A DNA stretch of 63,228 nucleotides, the filler included, from Cercozoa sp. M6MM (lineage: Eukaryota > Protista > Endomyxa: Ascetosporea), in assembly GCA_040357565.1 (NCBI GenBank). It is 8 parts of 8 records of this genome, joined end to end, with 100 filler letters (N's around TTAATTAATTAA, not from the genome) between each part and the next. Parts side by side here need not be neighbours in the genome. Positions count along the whole stretch, not along the records: positions 12,625 to 30,495 come from JBDODJ010000251.1; positions 30,596 to 38,843 come from JBDODJ010000554.1; 6 more parts are not named here. The stretch is one strand, 5' to 3'. The notes beneath the pieces are model-generated. The model did not search any database and was not told the DNA's origin. It was given only the letters and a program-made list of their open reading frames with translations. Numbering within the stretch: position 1 is the stretch's first letter; every line of letters begins with the position of its first letter. Below are positions 21,185-33,869 of this stretch, piece by piece. The position numbers were made by a program, and so were the translations under genes.

Positions 21185-21642
21185 CAAGGTGTGTGTGTGG
21201 CGCCTTGGCATGAACCGAACTGACTTGGAAGAACACCAGCAACCAACCCTGGCACACGACACAGCGCGCGCGTGCACTTTTTATTACCAATTGTATCACT
21301 ACTAGTGCACATAGTTCAGGTTGGTGTCGATCATGGCAAATGCAATTATATGCGGTGCAAGTAAGCTGAAGGACGGATGCTGCTGTAGATTCGAACGGAT
21401 GCTACTGTAGATCGGACCCTATAATCGCGCAGACGAGCATTGATCCTAACAGTGATCGAGGCATTCACGGGCGGAATTGATGCCGCCCCATAGTCAGTGT
21501 GGTCACAGCAGACTGTCGACTTCGTGTGCTTGCTCTCTGATCCTCGCACAGTGTTGCACAACACACAGGACAAGCACTGTACTATACATTACAAGCACCA
21601 CAGGCCTCAGGGTGATAGCTCGAGGCAGCATAGTCGGGTCAG

Positions 21643-24600
21643 ATGGTATTTCCTTTTGTTTTGTGGTTTTGTGTTTGTGTTCTGATTTTGGTATTGATAG
21701 GTGGTGCGCCTGGCACTGTTGGCATGTCTTTTGCCGTCATTGACACTGGCGCTGTGGCACCTGCAAGACAGACAAGTCTTTATTTCTGATGAGGGTATCG
21801 TATCTGCACTGTATAAGTTCGCCATCATTCCCTTTTTGTTCCTCTTAGACACCAAGTTTCGGTTCACATTCAGATTCCCGGAACTGTGGGGTCAACCTGA
21901 GTGTCTTGATGGCAGTGACGGCGACAAAGTGGTCTGTTCTGCTTCTTGCGCCCCAACTGGAAGATCCAGAATTGTGTCAATACCAACATGCATAGAGAGT
22001 CTCCTCTCGCGTTGGAGGAAGAGACGAAGAAAAACGCACCGTCAACCCGGTTTGGGATGGCAGCGCCTGGGTCGGTACAGCAACTTTATTCGCTGTTCTG
22101 TACAGCGTAGTACTGAGATATGCACGCAAGCAGGTGAGTTGGAGCGCTGGTTTGATGATACGGGCGACTACGATCTTGAACTCAGATGGAAGTGTATCGC
22201 TGGTTCAAAGAGATCTGCTTGGTCGGTAGCGTTGCTCAATACAGTAAACGCGTGTGTGTCTTCTCAATATGTGTGCTTATGTGCCATGACAGCTTTGGTT
22301 TTCTCCCGATCCCGATCCTATCACGGTGTCAATGCCACCTCCTCCCACGCCGGCGCTTGACTTTTCTCTCGACGACCAGGACAACGTAACCACTGCCTTA
22401 AACTTCAGTTTGTCTGGCCCAGCTTGCCTTTAATTAGGTTATTTGGACGGCCTCCTGGCAACGCAACGGTGCTAACACGTTCCAGAATCACTTTGAAAAC
22501 TACCGTCTTCGCATTTACTCGGTTGGTTGATCTGCATTCTGTCTGTCGTCGCCTATCTCACCTCGTGCTTTCTTCTGGCTTACAGGGTGACGGAAGTCAA
22601 GAACTCGAGTCGGTCGACATCGGTGATCGCAATACGCTCTCGCACTCCTTCTACCGGGTATCCTTTCCGGAATTCCATAGCAACCCTGTTATGCGTGTCC
22701 CGACCAGGGCGAGACGTGCCTGCGATTGTCAGTCCAGACGCGATACTATGACTTCCCCGATGGCGGTGAGGTACTCAAACTTGCACAATAGCTTGTGTGC
22801 TTTTATCTAAAAACACTGCGCGTGTTTGCGGTCAGAGTGACAAGACAGGAAAAGTATGCGCTAATCTCTTGCTTTTTGGTGCGGACATCCAGCGCCATTC
22901 GGTATATTAACTGTGTCTGCTGCGTTGTTTCTGACTCAATAAGTGTGTTCTTTTAGGACAACGATCACAAGCGCCTTTTAAATCTGACTGCGAAGATGCT
23001 TCCCAACACCGTACCTATTTATTTGACCAAGACAGCGAGAATTTACCTTGGCACAGGCACCCAGCTCGGTTTTGATTGACTGGAAACCCGAGGCTGCCGC
23101 TGCCATCTCAACACTCGTACGATAGACCGTTTTCCCTTTCTTCTGGTTCACCAGCTCCATAAATTGCAGTCAGTTGATGCGAGCTCGTTTTCGAGCGACG
23201 GCAGTGGACTGCTCAATGTGACCGGTCTTACCTTTGCGCTCACGGCTCCAGGTAGCTTAAAGCAGTCCCAGACGAATTATTGTCTGTGATAAATGGATGA
23301 AAAACGAAGGTTGTGTCACTGCCGTGCGCCTGGCCTTACCATCGAGCGACACCTCGGCGCCTTTTGTCATTGAGAACCAACCGCATCAGTGCGTGCGCAC
23401 TGTACCATTATTTTTCTGTAGTATTAAAGTGCAAACATGTCTTTAAATGCAGGCGACCGTGTCGGCGGTAGAGCTGTCATTCGACCCAGAGGATGCCGTG
23501 CGGGCCAACTGGACCATAGATTCGCTGAATGACATACAAGGCGGTCCGTACATGTGGTTGGTGAAACTCTTTGATGCTGACAACGCCATACTCAGTTCGG
23601 TATACGCATTGTCCATATGCATGTACACAGTATGGATATCACAGTGGACCGTACATGAATGCTCCCTCAGAACCCCACTCCGGGAGTGGAACTATCGACT
23701 GCCTTGTCGCAGCTAGGACAGTTCACTGCCGACACAGTCGTTCTGCACGCCGAGTACTGCTCATCTATCGATGTGCTTGCCTCTTAGTGTTGACACCTTT
23801 CGATACACCTTCGTTTTTCTCAGGCTGTGGGTGTCGACGCCAGCGCTGGGCGACAGCTTGGTGGCCACGTTCGGCAACGTTACTCTGACTGCCCCTCAGG
23901 TACCAGACTGACTGGACTTGAACTGGACTGGGTGGAATTAGACTGGACTGAACTGGACTGGACTGGACAGAGCACGGTGTCGGTGACTCTGAGTGGCACG
24001 TCGGCACGCGAGGTGACCCTGGCACTCGGCGCCTACGGCGATGTGACTCCGCGCCCGACACGTGCGACGGTTCGAACCGCCACAGGCACCGTGGTCAGCG
24101 TGACTGACTTTGACTCATCCGCGCGGACGGCCTGGGTCACACAAGCACGGGATTTGGTGTTCCTGGTGTCAGAACGCGGCGACAGTGGACTCATCGTGGT
24201 ACTTTCATTCGTCTGTATATCTGTGTACTCCCTGTAGGTTGGATAGCACACTTGTGTGTTGGTAGTCACTGTCGCACCCGTCGTGGCCGGCGTCGTTCGA
24301 CCTGTCGCAGTCGGTGACGGTGAGTCTGACGGCGCCGTCGCTGCCGACCAATGTGGAGGTGTTGCCCTATGCGAGCGGCAACATCAGCGTGCAGTTCGAC
24401 GCGCCTGTTATTGGGGTTCGTCTCTACCTAACCTCTACCTCCTAACCCCATGTTTCCACCCCCTTAATTATCTCTCCCTGTACAGGATGCATTCAGCAAC
24501 GAGGTGCAAGTGCGCGTGCGAGTGCTGGACCACACGGACCTGTCGGAACTCTCATCGGCAACCATTGCCACTGGCGCACTGAGTGGGGTATACTCGACAT

Positions 24601-27600
24601 TCACCCCTCCTCCCAACCTTGTATTCTCCTTGTGTAGAATGCAAGCATCGGCGTTAATGCCAACGATTTGGCCTCACTGTGCTTTAAAGTATGCCTGTTA
24701 CACGATATATTTCCATGTTCATGTATGTATGTATATGTGTGTGTGTCCCTGCAACAGACCGAGGTGCGCGTGATATCGGGCTTCACTGCGACTGCTGACG
24801 ACACTGCCGTGTCCGACGGCTACTGTACGTTAGCCTCCCCGGTTTGCCTTGACCCCATGTCAAGTCATACCCTTGCGCACCAACAGACTGCATGCGTGCT
24901 CCCAAGATGCCGGGTGTGCCGGTGGCGCAGCGTTTCGGCACCAACTTCTTCGCGCAGTGGCAGCAGCCATCGGAGGTAGTGCTAACCCCTCCCTTGGCTT
25001 GACTCGAACACAACACATGTTTGTAACTGCAGTTGCCAGACGGCAGCGTAGGCGTGCCTCTGCTTCCAGTGATGTCGTTCGAACTCACTCTGCGCAAGTA
25101 ATATTTGTCATCGTGTGTGTCCATCTGACTCGTCCATTTTGGACTGTCCATGTGTGGTTGTGTAGCACGGAGAACAATGCGGAAGAAACGCCGCCTCTTG
25201 TGGTCGTTGCCAACGAGACCGACTATGAAAGCTTCGTAGCTTACTTGTCTTACCATTCATCTTTACCTTCCCTTGTGTGTATGTGTGTGTGTATGTGTGT
25301 GTATGTGTGTGTATGTGTGTGTGTGTGTGTTGTGTAGTTGGCCTTCCCTGCCTGGGACTGCAGTAACCTGATCATCACGTACCTTCCTCTACACTACTGA
25401 CCGACTGACTGACTCTCTACTTGACTCTACGACTGACTGTGTAGGTGGCTGACACCTTTGCCCACTGTGAACGACACGGCCTACACGGCGCCTGTTTGTA
25501 CCGTTGTCTTTCTTGTACATTTAAAGTGGCTGTGTATGGATACATTTATATAGATATATATATATATATATATATTTATGTGTCTGTACAGGCCAAAACG
25601 GACCGCCGCCGTTCGCGCCGCCCACGATCGTACAATGTGTTGACTGAGTGACCACCTGATCGAATGACTGAGTGGCTACATTGTGCAGTCGGTTGAGGGC
25701 ACGGCAGCTGACCCGACAATTCGAGTCGCGTGGCAGCAACCGACCAGTTCGGTACATTTTGCTTACCTCCCCCCCGCCCCCCCCCGTTAAATGTGCCTGT
25801 ACTTTCCAAAAGGAGCTAAACGACGAAACACTGCGCAAGTTCATGATCAAGTCGATTGTACTCCTGCTTCGGTAGGCGTAGGGTTGCTTTGACATGCCTG
25901 TTTGCAGGAACCTTCGGGCATCATGGACGCCTCACTTGAACTGGACAAGACGGTTACGGTAGCACTGATACCTCTGTCCCTGTTACCTGTCCCTTTTGAC
26001 CCGTCGCTTCTGACTCTTCCGTTTGACCTGTCCCTTTGAGATAACCTATACTGAGTCTGTGCGTTAATGTGCGCAGAGCATGACATGGACGCTGCAGGAA
26101 GACTGGATGACGCGCGTGCCGTGTGCGCTCTTCTTCGTGGCCGCTCTGACCGACGGCGCCACGTAGTTTGCACCTTTACCCCCTCCTGCTGTGTGTATGT
26201 ACTCATTTCCCTCACAGGTACTACTCGGGACTGTCGGAGTACATCTGTGTCCGTGGTATGCACATTGTCTCTCTGGGAGGGGGTATTTAAGAAGGAGTGT
26301 GTACAGAGCCGCCTGCACCATCGGCGCCTGTTCTGTCCCTCAATGCTGGTACCTGCAGTGTCATTCTTCACTGAAATAACTGAGGTGTTTTGATGTATAC
26401 TGCAGAGGGCGACAGAATCCTCGTGGAGTTCGCACGTTCGCCGGACACTGGCTATACTATGTAGGCTTACCCATCCCCCTTAGTCTTAGTCTTGTGTGTC
26501 CTTTGGCAGTTAAGAGTGTGTGTGAATAGTCTTCCGTTGGCATCGCAGCAGGTGTCGCTCGGTATGCACACGCAGAGTGTGGCCGTCGCTGACACGACCA
26601 AGGTGGGTCAACCTCTTTCCCCAGGCTTCCCTTCTATGTATCTTTCTCTGTGTAGTCGCTCTACCTGAGCGATGTCATTAGCGACAATCTCAATGCTCTT
26701 ACTCGGTACATGTGTTCTTGCTGTCCTCTCCTACCCCTTTCTATACTGTTTCCTTGCACCTCAGCTGTCTAACGGCAACGATTACTTTGACCAATGCTGC
26801 TGGTACGCCTTTCTCTCTTTAGCTTTGCCTCTGCCTATATTCGTCCGTCCTGTAGACTCCTCTCTCAGCCCGTCGACTGAGATCTGTCTGAACGCACTGT
26901 CTTGGCAGGTATCTTGTTTCCTACCCTACCCCTGCCTACCTACCCTACCCTACCCTACCCTACCCTACCCTACCCTACCCTACCCTACCCTCCCCTCCCC
27001 TGCGTACTGTTCGTGTGGTGTGGCTGTCGTAGAGACCACTGACGCAGAGCGATGCGCTGCAGATCGAGCCGCTCTACGAGACCGATCAGTCCCTCGTTTC
27101 CGTACCTCTACCTCTATACAACTGCACCGACATATGTGTACAACAAGTGTGTACGCAGGGCGGTATCTCGACCGAGGCGCGTGTGCGACTGTCGTGGCCG
27201 GTATATTTTTGTGTCCATCTTGCATGTATAGTTCGCAGTATGTCCCTGTCCCACAGCAACTCAAAGCAGACGCCACAGAGGTGCCGCCATTCGGCTTTGC
27301 CGTGCTCAACATGTCTCTCACTGCGCGTACTTCCTCCATTATGTCCTGTTCTGACCTGTCTTTTGTTCGTTCAAACGAGTGTCTATTTAAACTCTTGAGC
27401 AGCGTACACTGTGCCGTGGAACGAGGCGCCTGTGCTGGCCACTGACAGTTCTCCTGTGGTACAGTAGCTCTCTGTTCTACTCGCAGTGTCAGAGATTCCT
27501 TGTTGTAGGTGGCCGAGGTGGACTCGACGCTCAAGGTGTCAACATCTACGACGACACTGGAGACAGTGTACCATCTCTCTCGCTCGCTTTATGTGTTGAT

Positions 27601-29025
27601 ACTGAGGGCTATATCTGAGGGTGTATACACAGTGTGACACTGGCGCACGACGAGTGCTACCTGCTTGGGGTGCGCGGTATTGCCGCTGTTGCCGGCACCA
27701 AGTCGTAGCCTGGCTTAATATTTGCGGCCTGTGTCTGCTGTTTTTGTTAACTGATGCTTGTTTGTAACAGTTGGTGGCTGCACTCGGAGACTCTTGGTGC
27801 CCTCGAGAACAACGACTTGCAGCGTTTCTGCACGCCTGCTTGTAAGCTGTCTCCCTTGCAAGTGTCATTATTGTAGGCTTGTTTCCCTACTGTTTGGACT
27901 GTGCAGACATTCCTCCACCTGACTACCGTGCCTTGCGTGCCGTCTACTACTTTGGTACTCTCTTCTAACACGTGTCTTCCTCCTTCCTTGATCAGTTTCA
28001 CCTTTGGGATGCGTGCGTGCATTGTAGACAAGCTGCCGCAAGAAAACGAGTACCGCGTGGATCAGTGGGTCTTCCGCGATGCCCTCCGAGAGGACCTGCA
28101 CAGTTGGACCGATGCTGTTGACGGTCAGGTCAAGGTATACCAGCTCTGTCTCTGTGTCTCTGTCTCAAGCACACTTAACACTCAGATCGTGGACGTCAAC
28201 CTTGAATTCGAGGACACCAAGGTGCGCAGCGAGGTGCACATCGAGACTAAGGCGACTGTGAGCGAGGCCTATGAACATCCCTACGCCATCATGGACCGTA
28301 CCGCTATGCATACTCGATGCACAGCTATCCCTGCCTACCGACAACTATGTAGAGGTCGTGTACCAGGCGAGAAACGGCGACTTTGACCAGGACAGCACGT
28401 ATGCTTTAAACTTCATATCTGGTGTTGCTTGAGTACATTGTGTCCGAGCAGTATGGTCCTGTGGGCACTCGACGTGTCGCGCTTACCGACAGTGACGTCT
28501 TACGTCGACGCTGCCTTTGGCGACGAGCCCACTCGGCCTGCCGACCCTGTCACCAAAGGTACTCGTGTTTGTTTCCGCAATCTGTCTCCCCCAGACCCAT
28601 GTCGCTTTAGAGGAAGGTGGCTTTCCTTGGTGGGTGCTCGGACTGCTCGCCGGCATTCTGATCCTCCTCTTCCTGCTTTACCGTTGCGTGAAGCGCGCCC
28701 ACAAACAACGGTACTCTATGTTGGATATCTTGGTCGTCATGCGTTCAGTGTACCTTGGCTGGTGTTCGCACAGAGACGGCATCAACGAGATGGCTTCGTT
28801 CTACACGCAACAAGAAGATGGCGTCGCCGAAGATGTTGATATCAAACCTGTACCTGCTCCTGTGTCTCACCGAGAAACCATCTCGAATTTGCTGTAATAT
28901 AGGCGACCATTCGGCGCGATGGGCAAGCCGGCGCAACCACGACTGCTGGTATCTTCATGCCACGAAAATTCACATTTACGCTCTTGTTGATTCTGAATAT
29001 GTGCGCAGAAATGACGAACATGTGA
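21643..29025 (+). CDS. large single-pass (type I) membrane protein with dozens of short exons
   Basis: ATG-only first coding exon, signal peptide VVRLALLACLLPSLTLA, long beta-rich then Cys-containing ectodomain, TM FPWWVLGLLAGILILLFLLY followed by RCVKRAHKQR, short tail ending EMTNM*. Internal exon boundaries only partly resolved; could be more than one gene. Confidence 0.65.
26921..26990 (+). repeat. intronic (TACCC)n pentanucleotide repeat
   Basis: About 10 perfect copies plus degenerate flank. Confidence 0.9.
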
Positions 29026-30334
29026 GTCTGAATCAGTGCGCAACTGGATGCAATTGTCGCGGTCGTGTACCTGACGTGCCGCGAACGGACAATTCAGCTC
29101 GAGCGCCAAGAGTAATGTAGAATTGACGTGACGTGAAAAGAAATAGAACTTGAAAGCACAGTACAGGATCGTACATTGTCGTGTAGGACGCTTCTGGCAC
29201 GGCGAAGATGTCAGAAAACCAATGGCGGCACTGAGCTTGGAAGGGCCCTCTGCCGTCGCGGCCTCTTAGTGTACTACCGTGCACACAACGTGAGTGGCGT
29301 GGTATGCGCCAGTCAGTCCGCCTGCAGCGGCAGTGGGTCAGTTTTTTGTATGATCGTTCTTTCCTTGCGACGCGAAGACTCAAGCCCGGCGTTCCAAGTC
29401 GCTGAGGCACCAGCAGCACGTGTGACGACAACAAGGCGCACCCCATCTTCGTCCACTGTCGTGGTGATCGTCGAGGGCCGAAGGTGAACGCCCTCAAGGC
29501 CAAGTCGGACGAAGCGACGGGAGCTCGCCTCGCATCTGTCGCGCGCCACCTTCTCAGGAGTCGCCCCCCCCCACCGTCTTAGAACGATCCGCCATTGAGT
29601 CGTTGGTGAGCTCGCGCGCCGGCTTAAAATTCTCCAGCCCGTTTGGGCAAACACCAGCCTGGACTCGGTCCCGGACTGGATTCTTGGTCCTCGGTCGGCC
29701 CCCAGTCGGTCCCCAGGCCGCAACTACGCCGCGAACGTAAAGTGGATCAAAGCCGCCTCGGTCCACGCTTACGCTGGTCGGTTGTATTTTGTTTGTTCGT
29801 TTTCGTCGATGCGTGACATTTTGTTTTCCCTGATGCAGCCAAGCGGATATTCTGTCTACCGTGCCTTTTTTAGATGCTCCGTGCCGGACGATGCACAACA
29901 ACGAAGAGCAAATCCGAGGAGCGACGTTTGCAGCTTAGTACGGCCATCCAGCCACTGCTGCGCAGGCTGCCACTGTGGAGCGGGCTTCCGGGTCTCCGCT
30001 GAGAGCCAACAGGACGCGTTGCGTCGAGTGGCCAAGGACCAGGTTAGCTCGAGAAAACCTACCATTCGGCCCCATTAAAGTACACCAAACTACACCGCTG
30101 TTCCGGTAGACCCAGACTGAAGTTTGATGAATCGAACATATTCGCGATAGTGTTAATGCGAATTAATCATACTTCAGTTTGGACATGCGATGGTCCGGTC
30201 TATCGGAAGAGAGATGCCGCGCCGGGAAGCTGCAGCACAGCTGCACAGCACCCCCCCATTTACTCCCTTGTTCACCCTGTCACCCACACGACAGTCGAGT
30301 ACGGTACTGTACGTACGACTGCACAAAAACCGAA

Positions 30335-30427
30335 CTAGTTCATGCGACCGACGCATTTACTCGCACCGCAGAGACAAGCGATGCGTGCCTCGCGCTCTTC
30401 GAACGGGAACTGGTAGTCGTACGTCAC
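30335..30427 (-). CDS. post-SET terminal exon of the KMT2-like gene (opposite orientation in this assembly)
   Basis: After a (GT)n intron and tttatgcag acceptor: VTYDYQFPFEEREARIACLCGASKCVGRMN*. This is the canonical continuation of ...DIARGEE, which ends at 20464 in phase 0. Confidence 0.9.
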   Translation of the reverse strand: MTYDYQFPFEEREARIACLCGASKCVGRMN

Positions 30428-30445
30428 CTGCATAAAAACACTCGC

Positions 30446-30495
<50 letters not shown>

Positions 30496-30604
30496 NNNNN
30501 NNNNNNNNNNNNNNNNNNNNNNNNNNNNNNNNNNNNNNNTTAATTAATTAANNNNNNNNNNNNNNNNNNNNNNNNNNNNNNNNNNNNNNNNNNNNTGTGT
30601 GTAT

Positions 30605-30673
<69 letters not shown>

Positions 30674-30677
30674 CAAG

Positions 30678-31128
30678 GAGTATGTCTATTTGCATGCATC
30701 GGCTACAGACCTTGACCACGCGGCTCGCTGTATCGTTGATCGTGCGCAAGAGATCGCGCGGAATCCGTCTGTACGGACTCTTTGTGCGGTGCATGTATGT
30801 GAAGTCACTGCGCTGTTGCACCGTACAGGCGCGTACTCCCTACGGCGTGGAAGCTCTCAAATTCAACCGCGGCAACCGCGGTGGCAAAATGGATGATGTA
30901 CCGCTCCCTTTTGTGTGCCTGTGTCTGTGTACCTTTTGTATTTTTCCTGTATGTTGTGACTAGTGCTCGGTTGTCCTGGGTTTGGTTTGCACGCGCGATG
31001 AGATCGAGGGACAGCAGTACCAGGCTCAAGAAGGTGAGGCTGGTGACTCCTACGTCTACTCCGCGAGCATAGATGACAGCGACTACGAGTACACATCGTC
31101 GACCTCACCACTCGCTGGCGCGCCGTGA
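30678..31128 (+). CDS. PP2C-family phosphatase PTC7-like, C-terminal fragment
   Basis: AARCIVDRAQEIARNP|..TPYGVEALKFNRGNRGGKMDD|CSVVLGLV matches the PTC7 C-terminal GGKxDDxxVV motif. Confidence 0.72.
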
Positions 31129-31420
31129 GTAGGATCCAGTCCCGCCTGATCTCGGCTCTCATCTCCACGCAACGAGTGCTGTCTTCGAATGTCTTACTTG
31201 CATGGCCGACTCGGCGACACAACGATCATCGCAATCGATTGCCGTTGGGTGTACACGGCGTTTGCCTGCCTGTGTATCTGCGTTGCCGTGTGCATGTCAA
31301 CCTAAGCTATTTATTCCTTGATTTACATGACTGGGGCTGTTAACCTACGTACAGTACGGGACGTTCGATATCATTGCCTAACTGAAGCGCCCGGCCGACG
31401 CCGTGACGTCGTGACAGTTG

Positions 31421-33389
31421 CTAGTACGCAGAAAGCCATCGCTTGAACCAGGACTTGCGAGAAATTCTGCCGGGGCTCTGGCTCTTAAGTTTGTTGCCAG
31501 TCTGCGTACCGGTATATCTCTCGGTCAACTGAGGCTTTCGCTCCAAGTCACGCGCATCGTTAACGTCGTCGAGATCGCTGCTGAAGCAGGTGCGCGTCGT
31601 GGCAGGTGACAAGGCCACGTTCACTTTGCTGAAGCTGCTGTCACTGCTTTTTCCGTCGCGAGATTCCGATCGCTCGCGAGACTGCTCTATCTGCGTGTGT
31701 GAGAGAACGATCCCAAGTTCCCTGATGCGAGAGCAACCCCGATTCCTGGAAATGTACCTTTTGGAAAGCGCGCAGTCGTTGTTGGAAATTCGCGGCGTTG
31801 AGTGTGGTGTGATTGTTGCTTTCGGCCATGATTGCTGAGCTGCGGTCACTCACTGTGCCTGTACGTACGTCGAGTGCCGCTTGCCTGCAGATGAGCAATG
31901 TTCGAATAACTTGGCTTGCACACACAGTGAAAAACATCTAGGGTACAGTGCGAGGGCGTAATCCCTCCATTCGCTAATCTGTCTGCGCATGTCGTCCATT
32001 TCTTCGGCGAGACCGGCGACCACTCGCATGTGTTGTTCTTCCATCCGAGTGGAGGGTGCACTGCACAACTCAGCAAACGTTCGACTTCGTATTTTATCTA
32101 CGGCGGATAGAACCCAAGAAACAAACAACTGATACCGCCGTCTGTCCTCGCTCATGTTGCTCTGCGACTCACTTGCAGAAGCGTCGACATCAAAGTCGGT
32201 GAAGGAAATCTCGCTCGCTGTCTCTGTAGCTAAAGAGGGGACCGAACCAGTAATCACCGTTGGCGTGTTTTCACGTGTACTTGTGCCGCGGTGTTGCAGC
32301 TGCCGTCGCTGTGACTGACGCGAGCGCTGCAATTCATGACGCAGTTCGCGAACTTCGCCGCGCAAACTCGTGTTCTGACGGTTCGCCTGACTGAAAGCCT
32401 GCGGGGATACAGCGATAACAGATGCCTCCCTGAAAAGGAAAGCACGAAGGACGACCATACATCAGCGGAGTCGGCACTGAGCTGCGAGAAACGGTGCGCC
32501 TTCTGCTGTGCCTCGGCATAGAGCACTCGTAAACGATCTCGCTCGAGTTCTGCGACGCGCACGCGTTCCTCTGCGTCGGCTACCCTTGCATCGGCCTGTC
32601 TTTCGATCTGTGGGAAGTACAGGCACACACCCTCTTTGTCTACTGCAGGATGTAGATAGATATATTACACACTACCTGTTCGCACTGCTGCTCGTGTTCC
32701 GCGATTGTGTTCTGCAAGAGCACGCCTCTGCGCGAGACTTCGTTTTGCAACTCGTCGAGTTGGCGCGCGTGCCGCTTGTATGTGGACTCGAGCAGCTCGC
32801 GAACCTTGGCTTTCACGGCATTGCGCAGAATGGCACCTCCACCACTGCCCAGTACACTCGGTAGCAAAGTGGAGAGACGATGAGAAGTCCCAAAGGTAAA
32901 TTTACTCTTCTATTGGTTCGTCGGCTTCGAGATTCTCAAAGACACTGCTGACAAAAAGATGCGGGTCCTGACTCGGTGTGTGCAGATCGTGGAAGTCGCT
33001 GCAACTGTCGGCACTCACACTTTCCTCTAGCTCTTCGTCCGGGCAGAGATCAGTCTCTTCGTCCTTGTGATTGAGGGCGAAGTTCTCGCACACGAGATTG
33101 ACGAACTCAGTGGCATCGATCGTGTTATCTTGTGGGAGAGCTGAAGAGAAGTTTGTGTATCCAGTACATCGAGAGAGGGGAGCGAGTGGATTGAACTCGT
33201 ACCTTCGAATAGACTAAACAGTGTCGAGATCACGTGGCTGTGGGCACTGCTTTCTGCGGCACTGCATTGTTCTCGAAGTCGCAGGACGAGAACGTCTCGA
33301 GGGACTGTTCCATTCGACTCAATGTCGACGATATTCTGCCACACGAATTCGGCGAGTGCACGTAGCGACTGCCGGGGAAGGCTCATCAT
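31421..33389 (-). CDS. hypothetical coiled-coil protein with degenerate EF-hand-like N-terminus
   Basis: VWQNIVDIESNGTV and LFSLFE|ALPQDNTIDATEFV, followed by heptad-rich exons (RQLDELQNEV, SLRGEVRELRHELQ). Confidence 0.55.
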
Positions 33390-33869
33390 CGATCTGGCTT
33401 TCTCTTTCGCTGCCTTTGCGAACTGAAGCGTCTTTCGGAATGCAGCAACTCGTCAGTTTAGCGGTACACCACTAGATTTACTTTCAAGCTGAACCTGAAA
33501 CTTGCTTTTTCCTTTTCGCGCATTCAGCTGCGCACGAGAAACGCATTGAATGTGCCGGCTTCTGGATAAATACATGTAAACTTAGTTTCTGGTGCGTTTT
33601 CATGAAAACTCCGAAAAAGGTCGTGTCAGCTTCAAAACTGCCTCCTGAAAACTTTGCTAACCTAAGCTTATAAGAACTCTGAAAGTCGCTTTCAGGGGTT
33701 AACAGATACCCTCGAGACTCCCAGACAAACACTGGCCTTTATTTTTACAATACTGAAAAACGCTAGTGGAGAAACCACGCGGACACGCAGTCCAAACTTA
33801 AGTTCTTATTAGCCCGGAGCAAAACTTAGAGGTTATCTAACGCTCCTGTGCTTCTCGGAGCACCGTGGG

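Noticed and set aside
30116-30178. SECIS element downstream of the post-SET exon
   Set aside because: ATGA is present but the 3' GA of the quartet is misplaced, and no in-frame TGA was seen in the exons traced.
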